35,453 bases of DNA from Ilumatobacteraceae bacterium (GTDB lineage Bacteria > Actinomycetota > Acidimicrobiia > Acidimicrobiales > Ilumatobacteraceae), in the NCBI GenBank assembly GCA_044376595.1, contig JBILKS010000001.1, forward strand, positions 1 to 35,453, read 5' to 3'. Both the position numbers and the translations under genes were made by a program. Below are positions 34,009-35,453 of the stretch, in pieces. The notes beneath the pieces were generated by a model. That model was not told the origin of the DNA. It did not search any database and worked only from the letters and a program-made list of their open reading frames with translations. The stretch's first letter is position 1. Each line of letters begins with the position of its first letter.

Positions 34009-35069
34009 CAGAGGCTCCTCACGTATTCGACGACGGCCTTGATCTGCTCGTCGGTGTAGACGCTGCCGAAGCCAGGCATGCGTCCGCCGCCCTGGCCCTG
34101 CTCGCCGTACTTCTTGCCGTATTCCGAACCTGACTTGATGAAGGCGATCATCTCGTCTTGGTTGGGGAACTGACGGATGGAGGATCCACCGGTGAGGTTG
34201 GGCCCGAAGGCACCGCCACCCGTGGCCTGCGGGTCACCGTATGACCATCCCTTGGTGTGGCAACGTGCGCATGAGTATGCACCACCTCCGAGATCGAGAT
34301 TGAAGAGTGCCTCACCGATCGACTTGTAGGCGCCGGTCTTCACCAAGCGCTCGGCTTCGGCTTGGAGTTCGTCCTGCTTCGCTACGGGCAAGTGTCCACC
34401 ATCGCAGTTGATCGCCTTGGCGTCGGGGTTGTCGCAGTCTTCGCGCGGCACCTGGATGCTCTTCAGATAGTCGATCAGCGTCTGGATCTGTTGCTCGTTC
34501 ATCGGGCCACCACCGACAACGCCCCATGGGGACATCGGCGAGAAGGGGCGGCCGTATTCCAGGATGAAGCGCACCTCTTCGTCGCTGAAGCGATAGAAGA
34601 CGGTGTTGAGTGACGGCGCCTTCCACGACACAGCCTTGACTTCGCCAGTCTTCGGATCTGTCACGGCGAACGGTGCAACACCACCGATGGCACTCATGCC
34701 GCCATGGCAACCGGCACAGTTGAATCCGCCATTGGCGGTGGAGTCGAACAACTTGCCGCCCCACTTGGCGAATCGCTTTTCGAATCCGAACGATGCACCC
34801 TCTTGGCGACTCGGTTCGAGAACCCAGTACAAGGGCAACGACACCGTGAGAACGGCGAGAAAACCGAGGCCGAGAAGCTGCGTGCGCTCGAGCTTGCGTC
34901 CCTCGAGGACTTCGTCTTCGTAATAGGGCTTGCGGTTGGCTGCAAGTTCGATCTCCGAACCCAACTCACGACGCGAACCGCGGATGTTGAATGCGGCATA
35001 GAGAACCCACGCCGTCACGACGAGGCCGAAGATGATCCAGGCGACGTTGGTGGTTGTGTTTGCAATCAT
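34008..35069 (-). CDS. Membrane-anchored diheme c-type cytochrome
   Basis: 353 aa. Two N-terminal TM helices, then two CxxCH heme motifs (CAGCH, CARCH) with Met-ligand regions (SPMSPWG; GGGRMPGFG). The start is 2 nt after the Rieske gene stop. Confidence 0.85.
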   Translation of the reverse strand: MIANTTTNVAWIIFGLVVTAWVLYAAFNIRGSRRELGSEIELAANRKPYYEDEVLEGRKLERTQLLGLGFLAVLTVSLPLYWVLEPSRQEGASFGFEKRFAKWGGKLFDSTANGGFNCAGCHGGMSAIGGVAPFAVTDPKTGEVKAVSWKAPSLNTVFYRFSDEEVRFILEYGRPFSPMSPWGVVGGGPMNEQQIQTLIDYLKSIQVPREDCDNPDAKAINCDGGHLPVAKQDELQAEAERLVKTGAYKSIGEALFNLDLGGGAYSCARCHTKGWSYGDPQATGGGAFGPNLTGGSSIRQFPNQDEMIAFIKSGSEYGKKYGEQGQGGGRMPGFGSVYTDEQIKAVVEYVRSL

Positions 35070-35071
35070 GA

Positions 35072-35453
35072 TCAGTGACCGCCTCCGCCTGCGGCCAGAC
35101 AGTGCGGGCCTTCGGCTTCTTGACCTGTTGTGTTGACGCCGATGGGCGGACCACCGAAGACTGCGCCGGTGTCGATGACCAGAACACCGTTGTTGATTGC
35201 TACACCGAAGCGATCCATGCCACGGGGCGCCGGGCCACCCTTCTTTTCACCCACGCGGTCGTACATCGATCCGTGGCAGCCGCACTCGAACCACTGCGAG
35301 CTCTTGCACTCGGGTACGCGACAACCGAGGTGCGGGCACTTCTGGTAGAGCGCCACGACTCCAGCTTGCATACCGGCGATGACCGGGCCCTGAGCGCCGT
35401 AGACGGCCTCGGCTTTTGCAAGCGCATCTTTCGGATACTCGGTGACCCATGCA
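35072..35453 (-). CDS. Rieske [2Fe-2S] iron-sulfur protein, C-terminal part (5' end lies beyond the right edge)
   Basis: The frame is open to the window edge (AWVTEYPKDALAKAEAVYGAQGPVIAGMQAGVVALYQK...). Rieske boxes CPHLGC and CGCHGS are about 13 residues apart and include the extra disulfide Cys pair typical of bc1/b6f-type Rieske proteins. Confidence 0.85.
   Translation of the reverse strand, partial: AWVTEYPKDALAKAEAVYGAQGPVIAGMQAGVVALYQKCPHLGCRVPECKSSQWFECGCHGSMYDRVGEKKGGPAPRGMDRFGVAINNGVLVIDTGAVFGGPPIGVNTTGQEAEGPHCLAAGGGGH

Noticed and set aside
1-35453. CRISPR arrays, IS elements or transposases, integrases, toxin-antitoxin or other defence modules
   Set aside because: None were seen. 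There are no spaced direct repeats, no terminal inverted repeats flanking ORFs, and every substantial ORF is accounted for by housekeeping or respiratory functions, apart from the single 274-aa membrane protein.

Overview
GC-rich, tightly packed bacterial chromosome, probably Actinobacteria or Acidimicrobiia-like (inferred from composition and protein style only). I found no rRNA, CRISPR array, IS element, integrase or recognisable defence genes. Respiratory genes on the minus strand dominate the window. Reading the minus strand from right to left: (i) a 5'-truncated Rieske Fe-S protein, a membrane-anchored diheme cytochrome c and an uncharacterised 3-TM protein run without real gaps into a complete 14-gene nuoABCDEFGHIJKLMN cluster (18163..33179). 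(ii) A plus-strand threonine dehydratase and a minus-strand class I glutamine amidotransferase follow. (iii) A second, strongly diverged 11-gene cluster, nuoABCDHIJKLMN, has no nuoE/F/G (5588..16178). Its nuoN overlaps the start of a MidA/NDUFAF7-type SAM methyltransferase gene. The left end holds housekeeping genes: a TetR regulator divergent from acetyl-CoA synthetase, yajQ, tRNA-Tyr, a GNAT phosphinothricin-type acetyltransferase, tRNA-Thr, tRNA-Met and the first codons of tuf. The points most worth follow-up are: the N-module-less second complex I; the His/Asp-rich loops inserted at homologous positions of its NuoL and NuoM; the operonic MidA homolog; and the physical fusion of complex III genes to the nuo operon. 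Everything here is read by eye from translations and motifs. No database search was run.
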